From an uncultured Verrucomicrobiota bacterium (GTDB lineage Bacteria > Verrucomicrobiota > Kiritimatiellia > CAIVKH01), in the NCBI GenBank assembly GCA_937873455.1, contig CALMYG010000177.1, forward strand, positions 60,118 through 124,117: a stretch of DNA of 64,000 bases. The letters are read 5' to 3'. Both the position numbers and the translations under genes were made by a program. Positions 37,026 to 46,442 of the stretch are shown one piece after another (positions within the stretch are counted from its first letter, which is position 1; each line of letters begins with the position of its first letter). The notes under the pieces were generated by a model, which saw nothing but the letters and a program-made list of their open reading frames with translations, was not told the origin of the DNA and did no database searches.

Positions 37026-38270
37026 ATGGCACTGATTGTGCAAAAATATGGAGGCAGCTCGGTGGCGGATGCCGACTGCATGCGGCGGGTTGCCCGCCGC
37101 ATCTTGAATACCCGCGACCAAGGCAACCAGGTTGTGGTCGTCGTCAGCGCGATGGGCGACACCACCGATGACCTGATCGCCCTGGCCAAACAAATTACGC
37201 CGGACCCCAGCGAGCGCGAACTCGATATGCTCATGGCCAGCGGCGAACAAATTTCCTCGGCTATCCTGACCATGGCTTTGCACGCCATGGGCGCCGACGC
37301 CATCGCCATGAGCGGACCGCAGGCCGGCATCTTTACCGACGCCGTGCATACCAAGGCCAAAATCCGTGCAATCAAGCCGAAGCGTATTCGCGAACACATC
37401 AAACAGGGCAAAATTGTCATCATCGCCGGGTTTCAGGGCTTAAACCCGAACGAGGACATCGCCACCCTGGGTCGCGGCGGATCGGACACCACCGCCGTCG
37501 CCCTCGCCGCCGCCCTGAAAGCGGATCGCTGCCAAATCCTGAAAGACGTCGAAGGCGTGTACACTGCGAACCCGCGGGTGGTGCCCGGGGCGGTCAAGCT
37601 GGACGAAATTGCCTACGACGAAATGCTCGAGCTGGCCAGCCTCGGTTCCGAGGTCTTGCAGTCGCGGGCGGTCGAATTCGCCAAAAAATACGGCGTGGTG
37701 TTGGAAGTTGTTTCAAGTTTCGTGGAAAAACCGGGTACATTGGTAAGAGAAGAGGTAAAAAACATGGAAGATATCGTGGTTCGTGGAGTGGCATCGGACA
37801 AGGGGCAGGCCAAAGTCACCATCGCCGGCGTTCCGGACAAACCGGGCATGGCCGCCGAATTGTTCAAGGCGTTGGCCGCCGCCAGCATCAACGTGGACAT
37901 GATTGTGCAGAACGTCAGCGCCCAGGGCGCCACCGACATTTCCTTTACCGTGCCGGCGACGGAAATCAACAAGACCCGCAAAACGCTGAAAACCCTGAGC
38001 GGCCATCTGGGCGACCGCGAAGCCGTCCTCGACGAGGACATCGCGAAAATCAGCATCGTCGGCGTAGGGATGCGCAGTCACTCCGGTGTAGCCTTCCGGA
38101 TGTTCGACGCCCTGGCCAAGGCCAAGATCAACATCAGCATGATCGCCACCTCGGAAATCAAAATTTCCGTGGTGATCAAAAAGGCCCACGCCGACAAGGC
38201 CGTGCAGACCCTGCACGAGGTGTTCGGCCTGGATAAGCTCGGCAAGAAGAAATCCAGCAAAAAGAAGTAA
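37026..38270 (+). CDS. lysC: Aspartate kinase
   Basis: MALIVQKYGGSSVAD...VVVVVSAMGDTTDDL are the kinase motifs. The C-terminal tandem ACT domains are ...ISIVGVGMRSHSGVAFRMFDALAKAKINI.... Confidence 0.9.
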   Translation: MALIVQKYGGSSVADADCMRRVARRILNTRDQGNQVVVVVSAMGDTTDDLIALAKQITPDPSERELDMLMASGEQISSAILTMALHAMGADAIAMSGPQAGIFTDAVHTKAKIRAIKPKRIREHIKQGKIVIIAGFQGLNPNEDIATLGRGGSDTTAVALAAALKADRCQILKDVEGVYTANPRVVPGAVKLDEIAYDEMLELASLGSEVLQSRAVEFAKKYGVVLEVVSSFVEKPGTLVREEVKNMEDIVVRGVASDKGQAKVTIAGVPDKPGMAAELFKALAAASINVDMIVQNVSAQGATDISFTVPATEINKTRKTLKTLSGHLGDREAVLDEDIAKISIVGVGMRSHSGVAFRMFDALAKAKINISMIATSEIKISVVIKKAHADKAVQTLHEVFGLDKLGKKKSSKKK

Positions 38271-38316
38271 GCGGACGGTACGGCGGCGGCAAGCCGCCGG
38301 CAGGAAGGACGTCATC

Positions 38317-39906
38317 ATGAAGAAAATCGAAATCTACGACACGACCTTGCGCGATGGCGCGCAGGGAGAAGGCATTTCCTTTTCCGGGGTCGGCAAGATT
38401 CGTGTGGCGAAAATCCTCGATGAACTGGGCGTCGACTACATTGAGGGCGGTTATGCCGCCTCGAACCCCAAAGACATGGAATTCTTCCATGCCATCGGCA
38501 AGGAAAAGCTCCGGCACGCCAGAGTCGCCGCGTTTGGCAGCACGCGGCGCGCCAACATCAAGGCCTCGGAAGATCCCGGCACGCTCGCCTTGATCGAGGC
38601 GGGCACCCCGGTGGTCACCCTCTTCGGAAAAAGCTGGGCCTTCCATGTGCATGAAGTCCTGCGCACCACCGAAGAGGAAAACCGCGCGATGATTTTCGAT
38701 ACCGTGCGCTTCCTCAAGGAGAACAACCGCGAAGTCATTTACGACGCCGAACACTTCTTCGACGGCTACAAGGACTCGCCCGCCCACGCCCTGGCCACCC
38801 TCAAGGCCGCGCGGGATGCCGGCGCCGACCGCATTGTATTGTGCGACACCAACGGCGGCACCCCCTACTTTGAAGTGGGAGATATCACCCGCGAAGTAAT
38901 CCGCCAATTGGGCGGAGCGATCGGCATTCACACCCACAACGACTCCGAACTGGGGGTCGCCAACTCGCTGGAAGCAATCCGGGCCGGCGCCATGCACGTG
39001 CAGGGAACGATCAACGGCTTTGGTGAACGCTGCGGCAACGCCAACCTGTGTTCCATCATCCCCAATCTTGCCCTGAAAATGGGTTACACGGTGTTGAGCG
39101 GACCGGAAAAACTGAAGCAGCTCAAGGCGGTGGCCGATTTTGTCTATGAGATGGCCAACGTGCGTCCCAACGACAAGGCGGCCTTTGTCGGTCACAGCGC
39201 CTTCGCCCATAAAGCGGGCATGCACGTGGACGGGGTTAACAAGAACCCGCAAAGCTTCGAGCACATCCCGCCGGAAAGCGTGGGCAACCAGCGACGGGTC
39301 CTGATCTCGGAATTGTCGGGGGCCAGCAATGTCTTTCTCAAGGCCGTGGAAATGGGCCTGGAGGTCGACAAGAAGTCTCCCGAGGTGAAGGCGATCCTGA
39401 ACGAACTCGAACAGATGGAAAAGAAAGGCTACGAATTCGAGGCAGCGGAGGCTTCGTTCAAGTTGCTTATTCAAAAGGTATTGAAGGCGCACAAACCGTT
39501 CTTCTCACTCGAAGCGTTCCGGGTAATCGTGGAGAAACGGCATAAAGACGATCCCTGTATTTCCGAGGCGACGGTCAAATTGCGCATCAACGGCAATGTG
39601 TTGCATACCGTCGGCGAAGGCGACGGCCCGGTGGACGCCCTCAACGACGCCATGCGCAAAGCGTTGTCCTCGGCCTACCCTGGCATCGGCGACGTGCATC
39701 TGGTTGACTACCGGGTCCGCATCCTCGATCCCGAAGAAGCGACCGCGGCGAAAACCCGCGTGCTCATCGAATCATCCGACGGCGAACAAACCTGGGGAAC
39801 GGTCGGGGTCTCCACCAACATCATTGAAGCCTCCTGGGAGGCGCTGGTGGATAGCGTGGAGTACAAACTTTTCCTCGAGGAACAAAAGAAAAACAGCGCG
39901 TCCTGA
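38317..39906 (+). CDS. cimA: (R)-citramalate synthase / 2-isopropylmalate-synthase family, CimA-like with a C-terminal regulatory domain
   Basis: IYDTTLRDGAQ is the HMGL-like/LeuA N-terminal motif. HTHNDSELGVANSL is the metal site. The C-terminal LeuA-dimer-like domain takes it to 529 aa. It lies in a thr/ile operon behind a Thr/Ile-codon leader, which favours the citramalate route to isoleucine. Confidence 0.65.
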   Translation: MKKIEIYDTTLRDGAQGEGISFSGVGKIRVAKILDELGVDYIEGGYAASNPKDMEFFHAIGKEKLRHARVAAFGSTRRANIKASEDPGTLALIEAGTPVVTLFGKSWAFHVHEVLRTTEEENRAMIFDTVRFLKENNREVIYDAEHFFDGYKDSPAHALATLKAARDAGADRIVLCDTNGGTPYFEVGDITREVIRQLGGAIGIHTHNDSELGVANSLEAIRAGAMHVQGTINGFGERCGNANLCSIIPNLALKMGYTVLSGPEKLKQLKAVADFVYEMANVRPNDKAAFVGHSAFAHKAGMHVDGVNKNPQSFEHIPPESVGNQRRVLISELSGASNVFLKAVEMGLEVDKKSPEVKAILNELEQMEKKGYEFEAAEASFKLLIQKVLKAHKPFFSLEAFRVIVEKRHKDDPCISEATVKLRINGNVLHTVGEGDGPVDALNDAMRKALSSAYPGIGDVHLVDYRVRILDPEEATAAKTRVLIESSDGEQTWGTVGVSTNIIEASWEALVDSVEYKLFLEEQKKNSAS

Positions 39907-40132
39907 ATCTCCGATTACGCTCTCGCGCAGTATGTCCCGCCGGTAGGAGAAGAGGGTGTGGGTTCACCCCCCGCCGGGCGTACCGGCTTGAAATCATTGC
40001 CAGACGAGTTTATTTTGCCGCTTTAGGCCATTTTCTGACTAAGGCATTTTAAATTAAACAGTAGCCCAAAACAGCATGGTCATGGCGAGGCCCTCTGACC
40101 CATGTTAATATATTATCGTAAAGGTAAATATT

Positions 40133-40363
40133 ATGACAACTCTCGACAGAATAACGTTTAATCCTGAAATTATGGGCGGAAAGCCCTGTATCAGGGGACT
40201 TCGCGTTACCGTCGGCTTGATTGTTGGCCTTGTTGCCGCTGGAAGAACGCGCAAAGAGATACTGGATCTTTATCCCTATCTCGAAGACGAGGATGTGACA
40301 CAAGCCCTAACCTATGCTGCATGGCGTGCTGAGGAAATTGATATTCCACTTGTCCCGGCATGA
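40133..40363 (+). CDS. DUF433-domain protein, a putative antitoxin
   Basis: It is ~76 aa. PEIMGGKPCIRGLRVTV is the characteristic DUF433 core. It overlaps the next gene by 4 nt, and an AT-rich promoter-like region lies upstream. Confidence 0.6.
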   Translation: MTTLDRITFNPEIMGGKPCIRGLRVTVGLIVGLVAAGRTRKEILDLYPYLEDEDVTQALTYAAWRAEEIDIPLVPA

Positions 40364-40734
40364 AATTGATTGTCGACATGAACCTCTCCCCTGCTTGGGT
40401 AACGGTACTTAATCAAGCTGGGCATGTAGCAAGTCATTGGTCGAATATAGGCGCGCCTAGTGCGAAAGACCGGGAAATAATGGCGTGGGCTCGCGATCAT
40501 GGGTACACAGTTTTCACTCATGATCTTGATTTTGGATCTATACTCGCCGCAACAAACGCCGAAGCACCTAGCGTCATTCAAATTCGAACCCAGGATCCAA
40601 CACCTCTACATTGCGCAACAATGGTCCTTAACATCATCAGGAAATACAATGCAGATTTGACACGTGGCGCATTGATATCTGTAGATGAGAATCGTGCACG
40701 TTTGCACATATTACCATTGCGAAAAGATGGATGA
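40360..40734 (+). CDS. DUF5615-domain (PIN-like/Mut7-C-like) protein, a putative toxin
   Basis: The N-terminus MKLIVDMNLSP...HDLDFG.. is typical of the DUF5615 partner of DUF433. It is ~124 aa. Confidence 0.6.
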   Translation: MKLIVDMNLSPAWVTVLNQAGHVASHWSNIGAPSAKDREIMAWARDHGYTVFTHDLDFGSILAATNAEAPSVIQIRTQDPTPLHCATMVLNIIRKYNADLTRGALISVDENRARLHILPLRKDG

Positions 40735-40831
40735 ACACAGAACAAGCGACTCGACGACATCCGATAAGAATTGGAGTCGTCAGCCTTGTCCGGTATTGGC
40801 AGGTCGCTCCAGATAAGGTACAAACCGGCTC

Positions 40832-41233
40832 ATGAATACAACCAAACGCAATCTCGATGACGTCCAGATGGACACCGCGAACCTTTACCGGGAAGAAACC
40901 ATCACCGATCTCCGCACCGGCACCATCAAGGTGTTGTATCCGATCACCGTGGATGGTTCGGCGGACCCGATGCGCCCGCCGATGTTCATCTGCCAAACCG
41001 AATTGATGTCCAATGCCGGCATGCTTCCGGTTTCCGCGCCGATCGAGGCGACCAACCTCGCCGAGGCGGTGGAAAAATTCCCGGTGGCGGTCAAGCAGGC
41101 GGTGGACGATATGATCAAGCGGGTTCAGGACTATCAGCGGGAACAAGCTTCCCGCATCGTCACCCCCGGGGAGCTGGGAAGTCCGCATCTCGGCGGCGCC
41201 CCAAGTGGCGGCAAGGGCGGCCTGATTCTCTGA
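40832..41233 (+). CDS. Hypothetical protein
   Basis: It is a 133-aa ORF immediately 5' of the peptidase-like gene, with a 1-nt gap. I recognise no domain. Confidence 0.4.
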   Translation: MNTTKRNLDDVQMDTANLYREETITDLRTGTIKVLYPITVDGSADPMRPPMFICQTELMSNAGMLPVSAPIEATNLAEAVEKFPVAVKQAVDDMIKRVQDYQREQASRIVTPGELGSPHLGGAPSGGKGGLIL

Positions 41234-41234
41234 C

Positions 41235-42311
41235 ATGACCGCTTTCGATCTGCACAAACTGCTTCGCGATGTCTTTGCTCCGGATGAACGCGATACCGCG
41301 GTCGTCATGGTCGATGTGCCCACCGGAACCATTGCCGATAATCCCGACTGGGTGGAACGACGCCACATGGCCGAGATCTGGCGGCAAGGCCTGCTGGATC
41401 TCGGCGTAAACGTATTGCCGCTCCTCGAATACCCGGCGACCGGCGCGAACAACGGCGATCTGCCCGCAAAAGGAAAACAAGCAGGCGTAACCGTCGGCAT
41501 GGAAGCGGTGCTGTCCACCGCCACCCTGGTCATCGCCATGACCCGGTACTCGGCCACCGCCCCGCTCTCCGCATTGACCCGTCGTTACCCCGCGCTGCGC
41601 GCGGCCAGCATGCCCAATGTGCTGCGCCGGATGGAGCAATCGGCGCTGGCCGCCGACTACCGGGAAGTCGCCCGCAAAGCGACGCGCATGGCCGAATGGC
41701 TGACCAGGGCCGAGTCCGCCGAAGTCGTCTTCGCGACCGGACACCGTCTGGTCTTCGATTTGCGCTTCCGTATCGCTCACGCCGATGACGGCATGTGCCG
41801 GCGTGATAAAACCGGATTCCGTGTCATCAACCTCCCGAGCGGTGAAGCGTTTATTGTTCCGTATGAGGGCGAAATCCCCGAAGAACCCAGTCGAACCGCC
41901 GGCGAAATTCCGCTGCACTGGAAAGGTCATGTCTACGTGTTACCCGTGGAACGAAACCGCATCATCGAGGTGCGCGGCGATGGGCCCGACCTCGACGCCC
42001 TACGCGCTCATTTCGCGCTGGACCCCGCCCGACGGAACGTGGCGGAATTGGGACTGGGTTGCAACGATCGCGCCTTGATTACCGGCAATGTGCTGGAAGA
42101 CGAAAAAGCAGGTTTTCATTGGGCCTACGGTCGCAGCGAACATCTCGGCGGCACGGTGGGACCCGACCGGTTTTCGCACCCCGATCACGTGGTGCACCAC
42201 GATGTGGTGTACGCACCGGGATGCCCGATTGAAGTAACCCGCCTGGACCTGATTGATGCCGCCGGTCAACACCGGACGGTCATCCAAGACGGACAATACG
42301 TCGGCGTTTAA
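41235..42311 (+). CDS. Putative aminopeptidase (M29/aminopeptidase-T-like)
   Basis: HWAYGRSEH and HPDHVVHHD are His/Asp/Glu-rich segments that resemble metal-ligand blocks of thermophilic aminopeptidase-T-type enzymes. It is ~358 aa. The assignment is by resemblance only. Confidence 0.4.
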   Translation: MTAFDLHKLLRDVFAPDERDTAVVMVDVPTGTIADNPDWVERRHMAEIWRQGLLDLGVNVLPLLEYPATGANNGDLPAKGKQAGVTVGMEAVLSTATLVIAMTRYSATAPLSALTRRYPALRAASMPNVLRRMEQSALAADYREVARKATRMAEWLTRAESAEVVFATGHRLVFDLRFRIAHADDGMCRRDKTGFRVINLPSGEAFIVPYEGEIPEEPSRTAGEIPLHWKGHVYVLPVERNRIIEVRGDGPDLDALRAHFALDPARRNVAELGLGCNDRALITGNVLEDEKAGFHWAYGRSEHLGGTVGPDRFSHPDHVVHHDVVYAPGCPIEVTRLDLIDAAGQHRTVIQDGQYVGV

Positions 42312-43129
42312 TCCGCAACCGGAGGAGCGCTCACCCGTGGCGTTCGCCCCACGCCCGGCGGGCGCACCGGAATCATAACCGCGCGGTAGGGCCGGGTCTC
42401 CGGCAACAAGACCTGCACCTTGGGGCTGATATCCACCGCGATGCGGGCCTGCTGGACCGTGAAGTCCAGCACGTGCCCCCCGGTCTTGCGCTCGGCATCG
42501 ATGAAATGCCAATGATAACCCGCCGGGTGAAGCGCCGACAATTCGGCGGGAAAATAATAGCCGACCATGGTCCCGTGCAGATTGGTATGGGTTTGCATGC
42601 GTTGGTCGCGTTCGAGTACCTGGGCGAGCGGCACATACGGTTCATCCTGGGCGGGAACCGACCTCAAGGTGATGGAACTGAATCGCCCGTTGACCTCCAA
42701 GGCCTCCGGCAAATCAGCGGTTCGTCGAATGTCCATGGCCCGATGAAAACGCTCCATGCCGACCTGCTCAATATCGAAGATTCGGTCGGGGGTGAAAAAC
42801 GTGACCACGGCGAAAGGGGTCAACACAGCGGGATCAGCCGCGGAAAGCATGCCATCCACGTCCGCGCGGTACACCCGGCCGCTATGGATAATCATTTCCC
42901 CGTCGAGGCGGTCAAACGTACCCAGGCCATGATTGCCGTACCGGAACAGATTCGACACCGCATAAAAGCCTTCGTAGCGTCCGCCGGCCAAATCCGCGAT
43001 GATCCCGGCATGGGTCACCGTGTCATCGTATTCCTGGCGGGGCAACAACGGCGAACGGCACCCGGCGATCACCGCCAAGCCGGCGAGGACGACCATTCGA
43101 AACAGCATGCAATAACGACCATCATTCAT
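42308..43129 (-). CDS. alsD: Alpha-acetolactate decarboxylase with a lipoprotein signal peptide
   Basis: AVSNLFRYGNHGLGTFDRLDGEMIIHSGRVY...TPFAVVTFF matches the ALDC core (LYQ.S...GD.GLGTF..LDGE.I...G..Y). The preceding MLFRMVVLAGLAVIAGC is a signal peptide plus lipobox. Confidence 0.7.
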   Translation of the reverse strand: MNDGRYCMLFRMVVLAGLAVIAGCRSPLLPRQEYDDTVTHAGIIADLAGGRYEGFYAVSNLFRYGNHGLGTFDRLDGEMIIHSGRVYRADVDGMLSAADPAVLTPFAVVTFFTPDRIFDIEQVGMERFHRAMDIRRTADLPEALEVNGRFSSITLRSVPAQDEPYVPLAQVLERDQRMQTHTNLHGTMVGYYFPAELSALHPAGYHWHFIDAERKTGGHVLDFTVQQARIAVDISPKVQVLLPETRPYRAVMIPVRPPGVGRTPRVSAPPVAD

Positions 43130-43141
43130 GACATTATTCCC

Positions 43142-44299
43142 TTAGCGCAGCAGGAGCAGGAACACGCCGGCCGCCACCGCGGAACCGATGACCCCGGCGA
43201 CATTGGGCCCCATGGCCGCCATTAACGGATTGACCCGGCCCTGGGTTTCGTCGGCGACAAATTTCTGGACCACCCGCGCCGACATCGGCACCGCCGATAC
43301 GCCGGCCGCCCCGATGCACGGATTCATCTTACGGCCCTCCGGCAACAACAGGTTGATCCCCTTGGCGAATACGATACCGCCGGCGGTGCTGAAGCTGAAC
43401 GCCACCGCGCCCAGCACCAGGATAAACAAGGTTTGGGAGCGGAGAAACGCCTCCCCGCTCATCGTTGAACCAATCACCAGTCCGAGAAAAATCGTCACGA
43501 TGTTGATCAAAGGACCGGCGGCGGTTTTGCTCAGCCGATCGGTCACGCCCGATTCTTTCAGTAAATTCCCCAACATCAGCATGCCGATCAACGGAGCGCA
43601 GGAGGGAATGGCCAGCGAGGCCAAGGCCGCAATGAGAATGGGGAAAATAATGACCGTCGCGCGCGAAACCGGACGGGCTTGCCGCATCGGGATCTCGCGT
43701 TCTTTGCGGGTCGTCAATAGGCGCAGGATCGGAGGCTGAATGACCGGGACCAGCGCCATATAGCTGTAGGCCGCCACCGCGACCGGACCCAGCAATTCCG
43801 GCGCAAGCTGGGAGGTGAGAAAGATGGACGTTGGGCCATCCGCGCCGCCAATGATCCCGATCGACGCGGCTTCGCGGACCGAGAATCCAAAGATGTAATG
43901 AGCGCCCAGCGCGGCCATGAAGATGCCCAATTGCGCGGCCGCCCCCAGCAACAAGGTGATCGGGCGACTGATCAAGGGGCGAAAATCGGTCAAGGCCCCC
44001 ACGCCGAGAAAAATGATCGGCGGCAGCAACTGGGTCTTGATGCCGCCGTTGTAGATCATTTGCATTAAAGGTACGGATACTTCGCCAACGGCAGGTTCAT
44101 AAGCGCTGCTGGCGCTCATCATCGCTCCCGGAAGGTTGGCCAGAAATGCCCCAAAACCAATCGGCACCAGCAACAGCGGCTCGTAATTCTTTTTGATCGC
44201 CAGGAAAATCAGCGTGGCCGAGACCACATACATCACCCCGTTCTGCCAGGATATGCCGGCAAATCCGGACGCCGTAATCAATCGCTCCCATACATTCAT
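43142..44299 (-). CDS. oadB: Na+-translocating decarboxylase beta subunit (OadB/GcdB/MmdB family)
   Basis: It is a polytopic membrane protein with the conserved EPLLLVPIGFGAFLANLPG block and ...GAADGPTS.... It is ~385 aa. Confidence 0.9.
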   Translation of the reverse strand: MNVWERLITASGFAGISWQNGVMYVVSATLIFLAIKKNYEPLLLVPIGFGAFLANLPGAMMSASSAYEPAVGEVSVPLMQMIYNGGIKTQLLPPIIFLGVGALTDFRPLISRPITLLLGAAAQLGIFMAALGAHYIFGFSVREAASIGIIGGADGPTSIFLTSQLAPELLGPVAVAAYSYMALVPVIQPPILRLLTTRKEREIPMRQARPVSRATVIIFPILIAALASLAIPSCAPLIGMLMLGNLLKESGVTDRLSKTAAGPLINIVTIFLGLVIGSTMSGEAFLRSQTLFILVLGAVAFSFSTAGGIVFAKGINLLLPEGRKMNPCIGAAGVSAVPMSARVVQKFVADETQGRVNPLMAAMGPNVAGVIGSAVAAGVFLLLLR

Positions 44300-44300
44300 G

Positions 44301-46136
44301 TTACGGCTCCAGGGTCATAATCGGGTGGCCGGAGGTCACCTCGGCTCCAAGCGCGGCATGAACGGCGGCCACCTTGCCATCCGCCGGCGCCCGCACTTCG
44401 TGCTTGGCTTTCATCGCCTCGACCGCCGCGACAATCTGGCCCTGCTTGATCATGTCTCCTGCCTTCACATTGATCTCCACGAGTTCCACCTTGCCCTCGA
44501 ACGGGGAAAATACCGGAATGCCGGCGGTCGCGGATGACGCGACGGATCCGACCGCGTCGGCGGACCCGGAGGCCGCGCCGCCCGGCGGCTCAATCGTGAT
44601 GCGAAACGTCCGGGTGGTCGCGCCTTCCGCCACCGTGCAGGTGGTGGTGAACGGACGGGAAACTACCGGCGTGGACGCGGCCTCGACCGGTTTGGACGGA
44701 TCTTCCTTCTTCTTTAACGGCAGGTTGATGCGGGCCTTTCCGGAGAGAAACCGGATGCCCTCATTCAGTTCCATCTGCTTGCCCGGCACGATTGCCGACG
44801 CCACCAGAAAAATGGATTCCTCGGTCACCGGTAGCGATCGCTCGCGCAAGGCTTTTTCGGCCTCGCCCAGCGTATCCGGGGCGCTCGCCAGCGGATCGCC
44901 CTCAAACACCGGAAGCTTCAACTGTTCGGTGGCGATCCGGACAACATCCGGGTCCGGCGATTCCGGCGGACGGCCAAAATATCCCAACACCGAGCGCCCG
45001 TAGCCGGGATCGATTTTACTCCAGCGCCCGTGAAGGACGTTGTTGAACGCCTGCAACCAATACTGTTGGCTTCCCGGCGTAACACTGGCCCACGCTCCGC
45101 CGGCCTTCACCACCACGGGGAACTCCGCCAGCACGTGGCTGTATTTATCGAGAATACCCGCCTGTTCCATCATTTGCACATTGGGTCCGATCGCCCCTCC
45201 CGGCATGGGAAAATTAACCACGCGAGCATCAGCGGCCAGGGTGATCGGGTTGATCTGGTAGTCACGAAGCCCATCGTCCAGGATGCCTTCCAGGTCATCC
45301 ATCTTGGTGTGATCCACATCCAGGGAAAAACCCGTCCCCTTCAAGGCATGCCACATCGAACGGACATCCGGCTGCGATGTACCGGAAGCCAGCGGTCGCA
45401 CGGACAAGTCAATGCCGTCCACCCCCCCGGCGATCCCGGCCATGTAACAGGCGACAGCCATCGACGCGGTGTCATGGGTGTGCTGAAGCAACGGGATTTC
45501 CGGTGGAAGGATTTTTTTGAGACCGCGCGCGGTTTCATAACATGTCCGCGGATCGGTGGTCCCGGAGGCATCCTTCATGCAGACGGAGTCGATGCGGATA
45601 CCGGTCGCCAAGAGCTCGCGGACAATCGTGATGTAAAACTCGGGCGTATGCACGCGGTCAGAGGCATAAGGCAGCCCCATCATGGCCACGCATACTTGAT
45701 GATGCATGCCGGCATCGACAATGAATGCACCGGTTTTGACCAGGTTGCCAATGTCGTTCATGAAGTCGAAGTTGCGGTCGATGGTGGTGCCATGTTTCTT
45801 CATCAACCGGGCCTGCAACTTCAGCGCGTCCGCCGGTTGGTTGGTCAATGTGACCCCGGAAACCGACCGGGTCAGGATTTGCAGATCGGCCTCCGGCCCG
45901 ACGGCCTCCCGCATGCGGTCCATACAGACAAACGGATCTTCCCCGACATAGAAATAAGGTGCCTGGTAGCGCGCGCCTCCGCCAAATTCGAAATGGCGAA
46001 TTCCGGCTTCGGCGGCCGCTTGCATCGCGGGTAGCAGATCATTGACCCGAACCTTCCCGCCAAAAACGCTTTGCACGCCGTCGCGGAACGCGGTCAACAT
46101 GACCCGAATGGTTTTTTTCTGTCCGGTGTGGATCAT
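44301..46136 (-). CDS. oadA: Oxaloacetate-decarboxylase-type alpha subunit: carboxyltransferase (HMGL-like TIM barrel) plus a C-terminal biotinyl domain
   Basis: The N-terminal carboxyltransferase domain has ...TAFRDGVQS... and ...HTHDTASMAV.... The C-terminal biotinylation motif is EAMKAKHEV. The start was set at MIHTGQKK (46136), which abuts the oadG stop. Confidence 0.9.
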   Translation of the reverse strand: MIHTGQKKTIRVMLTAFRDGVQSVFGGKVRVNDLLPAMQAAAEAGIRHFEFGGGARYQAPYFYVGEDPFVCMDRMREAVGPEADLQILTRSVSGVTLTNQPADALKLQARLMKKHGTTIDRNFDFMNDIGNLVKTGAFIVDAGMHHQVCVAMMGLPYASDRVHTPEFYITIVRELLATGIRIDSVCMKDASGTTDPRTCYETARGLKKILPPEIPLLQHTHDTASMAVACYMAGIAGGVDGIDLSVRPLASGTSQPDVRSMWHALKGTGFSLDVDHTKMDDLEGILDDGLRDYQINPITLAADARVVNFPMPGGAIGPNVQMMEQAGILDKYSHVLAEFPVVVKAGGAWASVTPGSQQYWLQAFNNVLHGRWSKIDPGYGRSVLGYFGRPPESPDPDVVRIATEQLKLPVFEGDPLASAPDTLGEAEKALRERSLPVTEESIFLVASAIVPGKQMELNEGIRFLSGKARINLPLKKKEDPSKPVEAASTPVVSRPFTTTCTVAEGATTRTFRITIEPPGGAASGSADAVGSVASSATAGIPVFSPFEGKVELVEINVKAGDMIKQGQIVAAVEAMKAKHEVRAPADGKVAAVHAALGAEVTSGHPIMTLEP

Positions 46137-46363
46137 GATGGCCTCCGTGATGGTTCCGGTTCGATTCTCGTCACCCGGGCGCCCGGCAACCACTGGTGCA
46201 CGGCCTCGTTGATCGCCGCGGGAATCGCCGCGTCCGGGGGGTCAGGGGCACGTTCGGGAAACCACGCAATCAACCCGCGTATCGCCAGCGACAGCAAACT
46301 TAGCAGCGCCATGACCGCCACGAAGGCATTCAGGCAGACGTTGAGCAGGTTGATCTCATCCAT
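46133..46363 (-). CDS. oadG: Small single-TM subunit, a candidate decarboxylase gamma subunit (OadG-like)
   Basis: It is 76 aa from MDEINLL, with one TM helix (VCLNAFVAVMALLSLLSLAI) followed by a Pro/Ala-rich tail. It sits immediately 5' of oadA. Confidence 0.45.
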   Translation of the reverse strand: MDEINLLNVCLNAFVAVMALLSLLSLAIRGLIAWFPERAPDPPDAAIPAAINEAVHQWLPGARVTRIEPEPSRRPS

Positions 46364-46442
46364 CGTGTCGGTCTCCACGTCCTTACTATCAATCCTCACC
46401 CGGATTAAAAAGGAAAAACTACCCCCGGCCAAAGATCATCGA

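Noticed and set aside
38176-39492. 438-aa minus-strand ORF antisense to cimA
   Set aside because: cimA carries the IYDTTLRDGAQ and HTHND motifs on the plus strand. The antisense is featureless.
39907-40132. Possible terminator or attachment site after cimA (GTCCCGCCGG ... CCCGCCGGGCG)
   Set aside because: The repeated CCCGCCGG units are direct, not inverted, so no stable hairpin forms. No tRNA or integrase is nearby to support an att site.
45030-46034. 334-aa plus-strand ORF antisense to oadA
   Set aside because: It is a shadow ORF. oadA has carboxyltransferase and biotinyl motifs on the minus strand.
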